Assembly (NCBI GenBank): GCA_041946735.1
Contig: JBHGAY010000031.1
Span: 1 to 59,264 of the forward strand
Direction of reading: 5' to 3'
Length of the DNA stretch: 59,264 bases
DNA from: Candidatus Eiseniibacteriota bacterium
GTDB lineage: Bacteria > Eisenbacteria > RBG-16-71-46 > CAIMUX01 > VGJL01
This document shows positions 29,681 to 38,873 of the stretch, one piece after another; position 1 is the first letter of the stretch, and every line of letters begins with the position of its first letter. The position numbers and the translations under genes are program-made. A model generated the notes under the pieces. That model was not told the DNA's origin. It ran no database searches and saw only the letters and a program-made list of their open reading frames with translations.

Positions 29681-31284
29681 GAGGAGCCTCCGGCCGGCTC
29701 GCCGGGAATCGGCGGGATGTCGGGAAGCGGAGACGCGGGGGAACGAAGCGCCTCGAAGCCGCGCGCCGCCAGCTCGCAGGCGCGCACGCAGGCGCTCGAC
29801 TTGCGCAGCGTCTCCTCCCACTCCGCCTGCGGATCGGAATCGGCGACGATGCCGGCTCCCACCCCGAGATAGGCCCGGCCGTCGCGGAAGAGGAGCGTGC
29901 GGATCGCGATCGCGAGATCCATGTTCCCGTGGTAGTCCATGTAGCCGACCGCCCCGGCGTAGAGGCCGCGCCGGAGCGGCTCGAGATCCTCGATGATCTC
30001 CATCGCGCGAATCTTCGGCGCTCCGCTGACGGTCCCGGCCGGGAAGCAGGCGCGCAGCACCTGCGCGTTCGACAGCCCTTCGCGAAGCTGGCCGCGCACG
30101 TGCGAGACGAGATGCATCACGTGGCTGTAGCGCTCGACCGCGAGGAACTGGTCAGTGGCGACCGTCCCGTAGCGGCAGATGCGGCCCAGGTCGTTGCGGC
30201 CGAGGTCGACGAGCATCACGTGCTCCGCCCGCTCCTTCTCGCTCGCCAGCAGATCCTCCTCCAGCGCGCGGTCCGCCTGGGGATCCTCGCTGCGCGCGCG
30301 CGTGCCGGCGATCGGCCGGGTCTGCACGAGATCCCCCTCACGGCGAATGAGGACTTCGGGGGACGAGCCGGCGATCGTCCAGCCGGCCAGCCGGAGGAAG
30401 AACATGTAGGGCGAGGGATTGATCACGCGCAGCGCCCGGTAGACGTCGAAGGGATCGGCGGCGAGATCGGCTTCGAGGCGATGGCTGAGCACGACCTGCA
30501 CCACGTCCCCCGAGCGGATCCATTCCTTCGCGCTTTCGACGGCGGAGAGGAAGGCCGCCCGGCCGGTCCGGCTGTGGAAGCGGGGCGGGCCGGCGGCGGA
30601 CGGCGTGGCACGGACGGACGGCGTCGTCCCGGCGGCCGCAGCCGACGCGGGCGCGGCGTCGCCGTCGCCGTCCCCCTGGAGGAGGCGCTCGAGCTGGTCG
30701 ATCCGCGCGCGCCCCTCTTCGTAGGCGCGCCGCGGATCGGAGCCGGGACGCGTGTGCGCGACGAGCGTGGCGGTGTGCCCGGCGTGGTCGAAGAGGATCG
30801 CGCTCTCGAAGAGGACGAACAGGGCGTCGGGGAAGCCCAGATCGTCGGAGGCGAAAGCAGGCAGCGACTCGAAGTCGCGGACGAGATCGTAGGCGCAGAC
30901 ACCGATCGCCGCGCCGGCGAGACGTGGGAGCCGGGCGATCGGCGCGGTCCGATGCGTCGAGAGGACGGCGTCGAGGGCGGCGAGCGGCTCGGACTCGGGC
31001 TCCTGCTCCGGCTTCGGCTCTCGGCGCATTCCGTCCCCATCACGGATCGTGACGACGCCGGCGCGACGCTCGTACCGCGTCGCCGGATCGAAGCCGATCA
31101 TCGAGAAGCGGCCCCAGGTCTCTCCCCCCTCGACGCTCTCCAGGAGCGCCACGTCTCCGACGGATGGAATCCGGCGGAAGACGGACACGGGCGTCGCGAG
31201 GTCGGCCAGGACCTCCCGGTAGACCGGGACGATCGGCCACTCGCGCGCCCAGCGCTCGTACTCCTCGAAGGAGGGGTGGATCAT
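29677..31284 (-). CDS. trpE: Anthranilate synthase component I
   Basis: LLES, NPSPYMF, SSPE, PIAGT, KERAEHVMLVDLGRND, FPAGTVSGAPK. Confidence 0.95.
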   Translation of the reverse strand: MIHPSFEEYERWAREWPIVPVYREVLADLATPVSVFRRIPSVGDVALLESVEGGETWGRFSMIGFDPATRYERRAGVVTIRDGDGMRREPKPEQEPESEPLAALDAVLSTHRTAPIARLPRLAGAAIGVCAYDLVRDFESLPAFASDDLGFPDALFVLFESAILFDHAGHTATLVAHTRPGSDPRRAYEEGRARIDQLERLLQGDGDGDAAPASAAAAGTTPSVRATPSAAGPPRFHSRTGRAAFLSAVESAKEWIRSGDVVQVVLSHRLEADLAADPFDVYRALRVINPSPYMFFLRLAGWTIAGSSPEVLIRREGDLVQTRPIAGTRARSEDPQADRALEEDLLASEKERAEHVMLVDLGRNDLGRICRYGTVATDQFLAVERYSHVMHLVSHVRGQLREGLSNAQVLRACFPAGTVSGAPKIRAMEIIEDLEPLRRGLYAGAVGYMDYHGNMDLAIAIRTLLFRDGRAYLGVGAGIVADSDPQAEWEETLRKSSACVRACELAARGFEALRSPASPLPDIPPIPGEPAGGSS

Positions 31285-33101
31285 CGCTTCTCCCTCGCCG
31301 CCGGTGCTGCCGGCGGGGCCTCCGCCGCTGGCGGTGCCTCCGTCACGGCGGCCGCCGCGGATGCGGCCGCGTCGAGCAGCGCCTCGGCATGCCTCCGCGC
31401 GATCTCCGAATCGACCTCTCCCGCCAGCATGCGAGCGAGTTCGCCCACACGCCCTTCGCGGTCGAGACAGGCGATTGTCGCAGAGGTCCGCCCGTTTCGC
31501 TCCCTCTTTTCCACGCGGAGATGGCGGCCGGCCCGGGCCGCGATCGCAGGCAGGTGCGTGACGAGAAGCACTTGCCGGGTCCGCGCGAGCCGGGCGAGGC
31601 GTTCGGCCACCGCATTGGCCGTCGCTCCGCCGATCCCCGCGTCGATCTCGTCGAAGACGGCCGGGCGCGGCTCCTCACGATCCCCGAGGACGGTGAGAAG
31701 CGCGAGAAGCGCGCGCGACAGCTCTCCGCCCGACGCCACGGCCGCGATCGGTCCCGCCCCTTCGCCGGGGTTCGGCCGCAGGCGCAGGAAGCCCCGGTCG
31801 ATCCCGTCGGCGAAAGCCCGGATCCTTCCCCCCTCGACCGGGATCGACTCCTCGGCGGCCCCGCCCGCGCCGGCGTGCGCGTCCGCCTCGGGCTCCGCTT
31901 CCTCCTCGGCGAGGACGAGATCGAGCGTCGCGCCTTCCATCCCCAGCGCTCGCAGCTCGGCCGAAACGTCCGCGGCGATGGCGGGAGCGGCCCGCCGCCG
32001 CGCCTCGCGCAGCGCGAAGCCGGCCGCGGCCAACTCGGCCAGCGCGCGCTCCCGTTCGGCCTCCAGCGCGGCCGCCCGTTCGCGCAGCGCTTCGGTCTCC
32101 TCGAGCAGCGCGGCAAGCGCATCGCGCTTCTCCAGGATCGCCTCCTCGGTCGGCCCGTACTTCCTCTTCAGCCGCGCCAGCAGGCGGAGGCGATCCTCGA
32201 TCGCCTCCGCGTCCTCGATCTCCTCGTCCGGCTCGGACGCGGGAAGGAGGCGCCGGGCCCGACGCAGCGCCTCGCGCGCCGCCGCGATCTCCTCCGCGAA
32301 CGCCTTCTCCTGCTCCCCATCGCCCAGCCGCGCGGCCCGTTCCCGCGCCGTCTCGAGGCGATCGAGCGCCGAGCCTTCCTCCTCGAAGAGGATCGCGTGC
32401 AGTTCCCCCGCCAGCTCCCGCGCGCTGCTGCGCTGCGCCGCCTCCTCCCGCCTCGCGCGAAGCGCTTCCTCCTCTCCAGGGACGATCCGCGCCTCGTCGA
32501 TCTCCTCGCGCTGGAAGCGATGGAACTCCTCCCGCTCCTCGAGCTCCGCCAGGCGCGAGCGCGCGGCGGCGAGGCGCCGGCGGCAGTCGAGGGAGACGGC
32601 GCGAGCGGCGGCGTAGCGGGTCCGGAGGTCGAGGATTCCCGCGATGCGATCGACGATCTCGAGCTGCGCCGCCGGGTCGAGCAGGCGCCTGTGCTCCCCC
32701 TGTCCATGGATCGAGAGAAGCGCCTCGCCGGCCTCGCGCAGGTCGGCGACACGCGCCGCACGCCCCGCGATCGTCGCGCGCGTGCGTCCGCCGGGCAGCA
32801 TCTCGCGCCGCAGCCGGACCGTCCCGCCCCCGGCCTCTCCGTCCTCGAGGCCGAAGGCCGTGAGCGCGGCGCGCGCCGCCGGAAGATCGGACGTGTCGAA
32901 GTCCCCCTCGACGGCGAGCCGCTCGGCGCCCGCGCGGATCCAGTCGGCATCGCCGCGGCCGCCCACGAGGAAGCCGAGCGCGTCGATCAGGATCGACTTG
33001 CCGGTGCCGGTCTCGCCGGTGACGACGTTCAGTCCCGGCGCGAAGGAGAGGTCGGCCTCCTCGACGACAAGGAACGACTCGAGTCGGAGGCGGAGGAGCA
33101 C
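31281..33101 (-). CDS. recN: DNA repair protein RecN
   Basis: TGETGTGKS, IHGQGEH, RPNPGE, ASGGELSR, VFDEIDAGIGG, VTHLP; follows nadK. Confidence 0.92.
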   Translation of the reverse strand: MLLRLRLESFLVVEEADLSFAPGLNVVTGETGTGKSILIDALGFLVGGRGDADWIRAGAERLAVEGDFDTSDLPAARAALTAFGLEDGEAGGGTVRLRREMLPGGRTRATIAGRAARVADLREAGEALLSIHGQGEHRRLLDPAAQLEIVDRIAGILDLRTRYAAARAVSLDCRRRLAAARSRLAELEEREEFHRFQREEIDEARIVPGEEEALRARREEAAQRSSARELAGELHAILFEEEGSALDRLETARERAARLGDGEQEKAFAEEIAAAREALRRARRLLPASEPDEEIEDAEAIEDRLRLLARLKRKYGPTEEAILEKRDALAALLEETEALRERAAALEAERERALAELAAAGFALREARRRAAPAIAADVSAELRALGMEGATLDLVLAEEEAEPEADAHAGAGGAAEESIPVEGGRIRAFADGIDRGFLRLRPNPGEGAGPIAAVASGGELSRALLALLTVLGDREEPRPAVFDEIDAGIGGATANAVAERLARLARTRQVLLVTHLPAIAARAGRHLRVEKRERNGRTSATIACLDREGRVGELARMLAGEVDSEIARRHAEALLDAAASAAAAVTEAPPAAEAPPAAPAAREKR

Positions 33102-33105
33102 CCGA

Positions 33106-33966
33106 TCATCCTCCCCACTTGAGCTTCTCGCGAAGCGTGTCGACGAAGGAGCGCCTCTGCGCGAGGAGGAAGGAGATGGTGCCGGGAGCGCGGCGCACGC
33201 GCACCGACTCGCCGGCGCGAACGGAGACCGCCTCCTGCCCGTCGGCGACCGCCTGCACGCGCGCCTCGGGCGGATGGAAACGGACGGTCACCGTCTCGTC
33301 GCCCGGGAAGACGATCGGGCGCATCGAGAGGATGTGCGGACAGACCGGAGTGGCGATCAAGGCGCGCAGCGTCGGCTCGACGATCGGGCCCCCCGCGGAG
33401 AGCGAATAGGCGGTGGAGCCGGTCGGGGTCGCGATGATGAGACCGTCCGCCTTGAGCTCCCCCATCTCGCTCCCGCCGATCTTCGGAAGCAGCGTCAGGA
33501 TCCGGTGCCCCGATTCGTGGAGGATCACGTCGTTTAAGGCGAAGCGGCGGTCGCGCATCTTTCCATGCGGATCGAGGATCGCCATCTCGAGCAGAATGCG
33601 GCTCTCCGTCCGTCCTTCGCCGGCCAGGATCCGCTCGAGCGAAGGGAACATCTCCTCCACGTGGATGTCGGTCAGAAAGCCGAGGCCGCCGAAGTTCACG
33701 CCCACGATCGGGACGCGGCGCGGGTAGACGCGGCGCGCGGTGGAGAGAAGCGTCCCGTCTCCGCCGAGCACGACGACGAGATCCGCTCCCGCGGCGAGAT
33801 CCTCCCGCTCCACGACCTTCGCGCCCGGGGGCGCCGGCAGCACGTGCGCGGGGACATGGACCTCCAGGTGGCGTCCGATCAGCCAGGAGCTGAGACGCTG
33901 CACCGCCTCGTCGGCGCCCGGCTTCGAGAGGTTCGGATCGATCGCGATCCTGCGGAACCGTGTCAC
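33106..33966 (-). CDS. nadK: NAD kinase
   Basis: LGGDGTLL, GLGFLT, ALND, ATPTGSTAYSLSAGGP, LREKLKW. Confidence 0.95.
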   Translation of the reverse strand: MTRFRRIAIDPNLSKPGADEAVQRLSSWLIGRHLEVHVPAHVLPAPPGAKVVEREDLAAGADLVVVLGGDGTLLSTARRVYPRRVPIVGVNFGGLGFLTDIHVEEMFPSLERILAGEGRTESRILLEMAILDPHGKMRDRRFALNDVILHESGHRILTLLPKIGGSEMGELKADGLIIATPTGSTAYSLSAGGPIVEPTLRALIATPVCPHILSMRPIVFPGDETVTVRFHPPEARVQAVADGQEAVSVRAGESVRVRRAPGTISFLLAQRRSFVDTLREKLKWGG

Positions 33967-34982
33967 GCTCCCTCCTCCTCGCCGTGCGCGCCGCCCTGGG
34001 GCACACGCGCGACGACGACCCGGACGAGATCTTGCGCCACCTCGGTGACCGGCTCCAGCGATTGCGCGGCGGCGAGCGCGAGGCGGCGCCGGCGCTCGAG
34101 CCGCTCGCGCGCGCCCGCAAGGCCGAGGATCGAGGGATAGGTGGCCTTCGCGTGGCGGGCGTCGCCGCCGGCGGGACGGCCGAGCTGTTCCGCAGTCCCG
34201 ACGACGTTCAGCAGATCGTCGGCGAGCTGGAAGAGAAGCCCCAGCGCGATGCCGAAGCGGTGGAGCGGATCGAGCGCCGCCCCGCTCGCTCCCGCCAGCG
34301 CGGCGCCCGCCTCGAGCGAGCCGGAGAGAAGGAGCGCCGTCTTGCGGCGATGGATGCGCCGGAGCTCGAGCTCGGTCGGATGCTTCCCCTCCGCCTCGAG
34401 ATCCTCGACCTGCCCACCGAGCACCCCTTCGCCCCCCATCGACGAGGTCAAGATCCGCAGGACGTCCACCACCCGCGCGGGCGGCGCCGCAAGCGAGCCG
34501 ACCGTCTCGTAGGCGCGGTTGAGGAGGGCGTCGCCGGCGAGGACGGCGATCCCTTCGCCGAACGCGCGGTGCACCGTCGGGCGGCCTCGCCGGAAGTCGT
34601 CGTCGTCCATGCAGGGAAGGTCGTCGTGCACGAGGCTGAAGGCGTGGAGCATCTCGATCGCGGCGGCGAGCCTGTACGCCTCGGGATCCGCGCCTCCGGC
34701 GAAGCGATGGCCGAGCAGGCAGAGGGCCGGCCGAAGCCGCTTGCCTCCGGGGAAGAGCGCGTGGAGCATGGCGGCGCGCAGATTCGGCGGCCCCTGGGCC
34801 GGCGACGGGAGGCAGCGGCGCAGCGCGCGCTCGATCCGCGGACGCTCCGCCTCGAGCCATCGCGCCCAGGCGCCGGCGCCGCCGCCGCCGGTGGCGCCGG
34901 TGGCGGCGGCACGCGTCCCCGCGCGCGGGGCGGCGGAATCAGAACGGGAGATCGTTCTCCCCGGCGGCCTCGTCGTCCCCAT
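33963..34982 (-). CDS. ispA: Short-chain polyprenyl (farnesyl/geranylgeranyl) diphosphate synthase
   Basis: GGKRLRP, HDDLPCMDDDDFRRG, FQLADD, KATYP; xseAB context; start uncertain. Confidence 0.9.
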   Translation of the reverse strand: MGTTRPPGRTISRSDSAAPRAGTRAAATGATGGGGAGAWARWLEAERPRIERALRRCLPSPAQGPPNLRAAMLHALFPGGKRLRPALCLLGHRFAGGADPEAYRLAAAIEMLHAFSLVHDDLPCMDDDDFRRGRPTVHRAFGEGIAVLAGDALLNRAYETVGSLAAPPARVVDVLRILTSSMGGEGVLGGQVEDLEAEGKHPTELELRRIHRRKTALLLSGSLEAGAALAGASGAALDPLHRFGIALGLLFQLADDLLNVVGTAEQLGRPAGGDARHAKATYPSILGLAGARERLERRRRLALAAAQSLEPVTEVAQDLVRVVVARVPQGGAHGEEEGA

Positions 34983-35247
34983 GCTCCCTCACCTCTCCAG
35001 CCGCGTCGGCGTCAGCGCCGGCGGCGTCGTCCTCCTCCGCGAGGACCTTCAGCCGCTGCTCCGCCTCCTCGAGCCGCCGCCCGCACACGCGGACGAGCCG
35101 CGAACCCTCCTCGTAACGCGCGAGGGTCTCCTCGAGCGACAGGTCCTTTCCTTCCAGCTCGCGGACGATCTGCTCGAGCCGCTCGAGCGCTTCCTCGAAG
35201 CTCGGCGGGGCCGCCTGCGAGCCGTTCTCGGGATCGTTCAACGCCAC
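34939..35247 (-). CDS. xseB: Exodeoxyribonuclease VII small subunit
   Basis: FEEALERLEQIVRELE..LSLEETLARYEEG..C..RLEEAEQR. Confidence 0.92.
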   Translation of the reverse strand: MALNDPENGSQAAPPSFEEALERLEQIVRELEGKDLSLEETLARYEEGSRLVRVCGRRLEEAEQRLKVLAEEDDAAGADADAAGEVREHGDDEAAGENDLPF

Positions 35248-36815
35248 GGTCCTGCCTCCTCTCCGGCGCCTGCCTGCGCCGGCGCGGCCGGGTGCGCCCG
35301 CGCATGCGGCGGAGCCGGCTCCGGATGCGTCCCCTTCTGCTCCGGAGCGCCGGTCTCCCCGCCGGCCGCAGGCTCGATTCGCTCCTCGACGCGGCATCCC
35401 AGCTCGCCCGTCCCGAGGAGAAGTCGCACCTTCTCCCCCGTCTCGACCTCCGACGCGCCCCGCACGGCGCGCCCGTCGCGCGCCCGCAGCGCGATCGCAT
35501 ATCCGCGCGCCAGCACCGCGTGCGGGCCCACGGCCTCGAGATGCGCGGCCCGCCCCCGCAGCCGGTCGGTCGCGCGAGCCAGGCGGCGCGCGGCCGCGTC
35601 CCCCATGCGCCCCCGGAGATCGTGCAGCCGCAGGCCGGCCCGCGCCAGAGTCCGTCGCGGCTCCTTCGCCGCGAGACGCTGCGCCAGCTCTTCCGTGCGC
35701 CGCCGCCGCTCGCGCATCCGCGCGAGGGCGCACTGCCCGGCGCGCTCAGCGAGCTCGTCGATGCGCTGTCCCTTCTGCCGCAGCAGATCGAGAGGACGGC
35801 GCAAGCCGTGACTGTCGCGAAGCCGAGCCCATCGCAGCCGGTCGGTCGCGAGCCGCTCCCCCGCCCGCCGCCCGAGGCGCTGACCGTAAGAGGCGAGCAG
35901 GCGCCCGACGTCCTCCTTCGACGGGACCGCCAGCTCGGCCGCCTGCGAAGGGGTCGCGGCGCGCACATCGGCGGCGAAGTCGGCGAGGGTGACGTCGATC
36001 TCGTGGCCGACCCCGGTCAGGATCGGGATCGAGCAGGCCGCGACCGCGCGCACCACCGGCTCCTCGTTGAATGGCCAGAGGTCCTCGATCGAGCCGCCGC
36101 CGCGGGCGAGCAGGATCACGTCGGGGTGGAGCCGCTCGAGATGGCGCAGAGACCGGACGATCTCGGCGGCCGCGCCTTCCCCCTGGACGGCGCATGGACA
36201 GAGCCACACCTCCGCAACCGGCCAGCGTTCGCCGAGCACGCGCAGGATGTCCCGGACGGCGGCTCCGGCCGGCGAGGTCGCGACGCCGATCGCGAGCGGG
36301 TAGCGCGGGATCGGCCTCTTGCGCTCGGGCGCGAACAGTCCCTCCGCAGCGAGCCGCTGCTTCAGGCGCTCGAGCGCCGCCTGCAGCTCGCCGAAGCCGG
36401 CGGGCAGCAGAGTGTCGACGTAGAGCTGGAGGCGTCCCTGCGGCTCGTAGATGCCGAGGCGGCCATGAGCGCGCACCTGCATCCCGTCGGCCGGAGAGAA
36501 GCGGATGCGGCGCGCGCTGTCGCGCCACTGCACGCAGCAGATGCGGCCTTTGCCGTCCTTCATCTCGAAGTAGAGATGCCCGGACGGTTGGTGGCGCCGG
36601 AAGCCGGTCAGCTCGCCGACCACCCAGACCGGTCCCGTGCCCCGGTCCAGCGCCCCCTTGGCGAGCGCCAGCAGATCGGAGACTTGAAGCGTCTGATCCG
36701 GCAACTCGATCCTTCCCGGCGCTGCGCCCGTCCGTCGCGACGCTCGCCGCCTCCGCCTACCGGCCCGGTCCTTGCGCGCGATCGCCGCGCCCGCCGCAGC
36801 CGGCTTGTCCGCCAT
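35238..36815 (-). CDS. xseA: Exodeoxyribonuclease VII large subunit
   Basis: SGHLYFEMKD, TSPAGAAVRD, ARGGGSIEDLWPFN, GVGHEID, ATPSQAAE; start uncertain. Confidence 0.93.
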   Translation of the reverse strand: MADKPAAAGAAIARKDRAGRRRRRASRRTGAAPGRIELPDQTLQVSDLLALAKGALDRGTGPVWVVGELTGFRRHQPSGHLYFEMKDGKGRICCVQWRDSARRIRFSPADGMQVRAHGRLGIYEPQGRLQLYVDTLLPAGFGELQAALERLKQRLAAEGLFAPERKRPIPRYPLAIGVATSPAGAAVRDILRVLGERWPVAEVWLCPCAVQGEGAAAEIVRSLRHLERLHPDVILLARGGGSIEDLWPFNEEPVVRAVAACSIPILTGVGHEIDVTLADFAADVRAATPSQAAELAVPSKEDVGRLLASYGQRLGRRAGERLATDRLRWARLRDSHGLRRPLDLLRQKGQRIDELAERAGQCALARMRERRRRTEELAQRLAAKEPRRTLARAGLRLHDLRGRMGDAAARRLARATDRLRGRAAHLEAVGPHAVLARGYAIALRARDGRAVRGASEVETGEKVRLLLGTGELGCRVEERIEPAAGGETGAPEQKGTHPEPAPPHARAHPAAPAQAGAGEEAGPWR

Positions 36816-37749
36816 GCCCGCCACGCCCGCCGCCATACCCGCCGTACTCGCCGCGCCCGCCGCGCCCGCCGCCGCCGAACCGCGCCGCGCCGGCAAACCG
36901 CTCCGCGGCGAGAACGGTGTTCGCGAGGAGACAGGCGACCGTCATCGGACCGACGCCGCCCGGCACCGGACTCAACCATCCCGCCTTCTCCGCGACCGGC
37001 GCCGCATCGACGTCCCCGTAGAGCTTGCCGTCGTCTCCCCGATGCATCCCGACGTCGACGACCGCCGCACCCTCGCCGATCCAGCGGGCATCGACGAGCG
37101 CGCGACGCCCCGCCGCCGCGACGACGACGTCGGCCCGGCTCGTGATCTCCCACGGCTCCCGGGAAGCGGTATGCAACATCGAGACGGTCGCGTTCAACCC
37201 CTCTTCCTTTCGCGAGAGGAGATTCGCGAGCGGCCTGCCGACGGTCGCGCTGCGTCCGATCACGGCGACGTGACGCCCCGCGAGCGGGATGTCATGGCGC
37301 CGGAGAAGCTCGACGATTCCGAGCGGCGTGCAGGGGACGAAACCGTCGACACCGAGACAGAGCCTGCCGACGTTTTCCGGATGGAACCCATCGACGTCCT
37401 TGCAGGGATCGATCTTCTGGAGCAGATCGAACGGATCGCGCCCTCCGGGCAGCGGGAGTTGGAGCAAGATGCCGTGCACGCGCGGATCTGCCGACCGCTC
37501 TTCGATCGCCCGCGCGATCGCCGCGTCCGCGGTTTCGGCAGGAAGGACGAGCACCTCCGATTCGATCCCCACCTCGGCGCATGCCTTCGCCTTGTTCCGG
37601 ACGTAGATCACCGAGGCCGGATCCTCGCCGACGCGAATCAGGCTGATCCGCGGCGTCACCCCGCTCGGACGAAGCGCCTCCACGCGCGCCGCCAGCTCCT
37701 GGCGAATTTCCGCCGCGACGCGCTTGCCATCGAGAATCCGCGCCGTCAT
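36757..37749 (-). CDS. folD: Bifunctional methylenetetrahydrofolate dehydrogenase/cyclohydrolase with Gly/Arg-rich tail
   Basis: ILDGK, YVRNK, LLQLPLP, KDVDGFHP, PCTP, SPVPGGVGPMT. Confidence 0.96.
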   Translation of the reverse strand: MTARILDGKRVAAEIRQELAARVEALRPSGVTPRISLIRVGEDPASVIYVRNKAKACAEVGIESEVLVLPAETADAAIARAIEERSADPRVHGILLQLPLPGGRDPFDLLQKIDPCKDVDGFHPENVGRLCLGVDGFVPCTPLGIVELLRRHDIPLAGRHVAVIGRSATVGRPLANLLSRKEEGLNATVSMLHTASREPWEITSRADVVVAAAGRRALVDARWIGEGAAVVDVGMHRGDDGKLYGDVDAAPVAEKAGWLSPVPGGVGPMTVACLLANTVLAAERFAGAARFGGGGRGGRGEYGGYGGGRGGHGGQAGCGGRGDRAQGPGR

Positions 37750-37883
37750 CCACCCTTCCCTTCTCGCGGAACCGGCCTCGCCGGATCCCGCGGCTCGATG
37801 CCGCCGATCAGGGGCGCGGCTGGCGAGCGTTTCCTGCGCGCCGCTGCCCGTGCCGCCGCCGGCGCTGCCGTGCCCCGCGTGCG

Positions 37884-38666
37884 TCAATCCTCGAGGCTCT
37901 TCTGGACCCTCTGCACCATCCGCGCCCGGCCGCTCTGCGGATCGACGCGCACGACGAGGCCATGGAGGCGGACGTCCCCCTCGGCCGGCTGGAAGCGAAC
38001 CGGCATCGCCGTCCGCAGGCGCTCGAGCGCCAGCTCCTTGCGGACGCCGATGACCGAGTCGTGCGGCCCGGTCATCCCGGCGTCGGTCAGATAGGCGGTG
38101 CCGCGCGGAAGGATGCGCTCGTCGGCCGTCTGGACGTGCGTGTGCGTCCCGACGACGACGCTCGCGCGTCCATCGAGATACCAGCCCATCGCCTGCTTCT
38201 CGGAGGTCGCCTCCGCGTGGAAGTCGACGAGGATGATCGAGGTCGCCTGCGCGAGATCCTCGAGCAGCTCGTCCGCCTTGCGGAACGGGTCGTCCAGCGC
38301 CGGCATGAACACGCGTCCCATCAGGCTCACCACCGCGATCTTTTCCGTCCCGCGCGGATAGAGGCCGACGCCGCGCCCGGGTACCAGATCCGGGTAGTTC
38401 GCGGGGCGCAGCACGCGCAGGTCGTCGTCGAGGATGGCGTGCCCTTCCTTGCGATCGAAGGTGTGGTTGCCGCCGGTCAGGACGTCGAGCCCGGCATCGA
38501 GGAGCTCCTGCACGATCTCCGGAGTGATCCCGGCGCCGGAGGCGGCGTTCTCGGCGTTGCCGATGCAGAAATCGATCTCGTGCTCGCGGCGCAGTCCGGG
38601 AAGCAGCTCCCGCACGGCTCTCCGCCCCGGCTTTCCAAAGATGTCTCCCACGAACAGGATGTTCAT
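37884..38666 (-). CDS. ymdB: YmdB-type metallophosphoesterase
   Basis: GDIFGKPG, NAEN, GNH, RPANYP, DFHAEATSEK, GTHTHV, TDAGMTG; downstream of rny. Confidence 0.93.
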   Translation of the reverse strand: MNILFVGDIFGKPGRRAVRELLPGLRREHEIDFCIGNAENAASGAGITPEIVQELLDAGLDVLTGGNHTFDRKEGHAILDDDLRVLRPANYPDLVPGRGVGLYPRGTEKIAVVSLMGRVFMPALDDPFRKADELLEDLAQATSIILVDFHAEATSEKQAMGWYLDGRASVVVGTHTHVQTADERILPRGTAYLTDAGMTGPHDSVIGVRKELALERLRTAMPVRFQPAEGDVRLHGLVVRVDPQSGRARMVQRVQKSLED

Positions 38667-38873
38667 CCGTTCCCCGTTCCGCCAACTCCTCGCCGGCGCT
38701 GCGTCATGGCTTTCGCGATTCCCCTGCCGCTCCCGTCTCCCTCGTCCTGCCCCGCTCTCCCCGGCCTGCCCCGCTTTCCCCGGCCGTCCGCGCATTGCGC
38801 ACCCTGGCCGGCGCGATGCCGCCATGGCATCGCCACGTCGCCGTCCCCCGCCGGTTGGCGAGCGACCCTGGCG

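Noticed and set aside
31285..31400. trp attenuator or leader peptide
   Set aside because: The region is recN coding sequence overlapping the trpE start; no Trp-codon leader seen.
34207..34221. IspA second Asp-rich motif reads DDLLN rather than DDxxD
   Set aside because: Single conservative change with other motifs intact; insufficient to claim altered function.
38813..38833. Hairpin GCGATGCC-GCCAT-GGCATCGC between rny and ymdB
   Set aside because: No U-tract and not seen repeated elsewhere; plausible by chance at this GC content.
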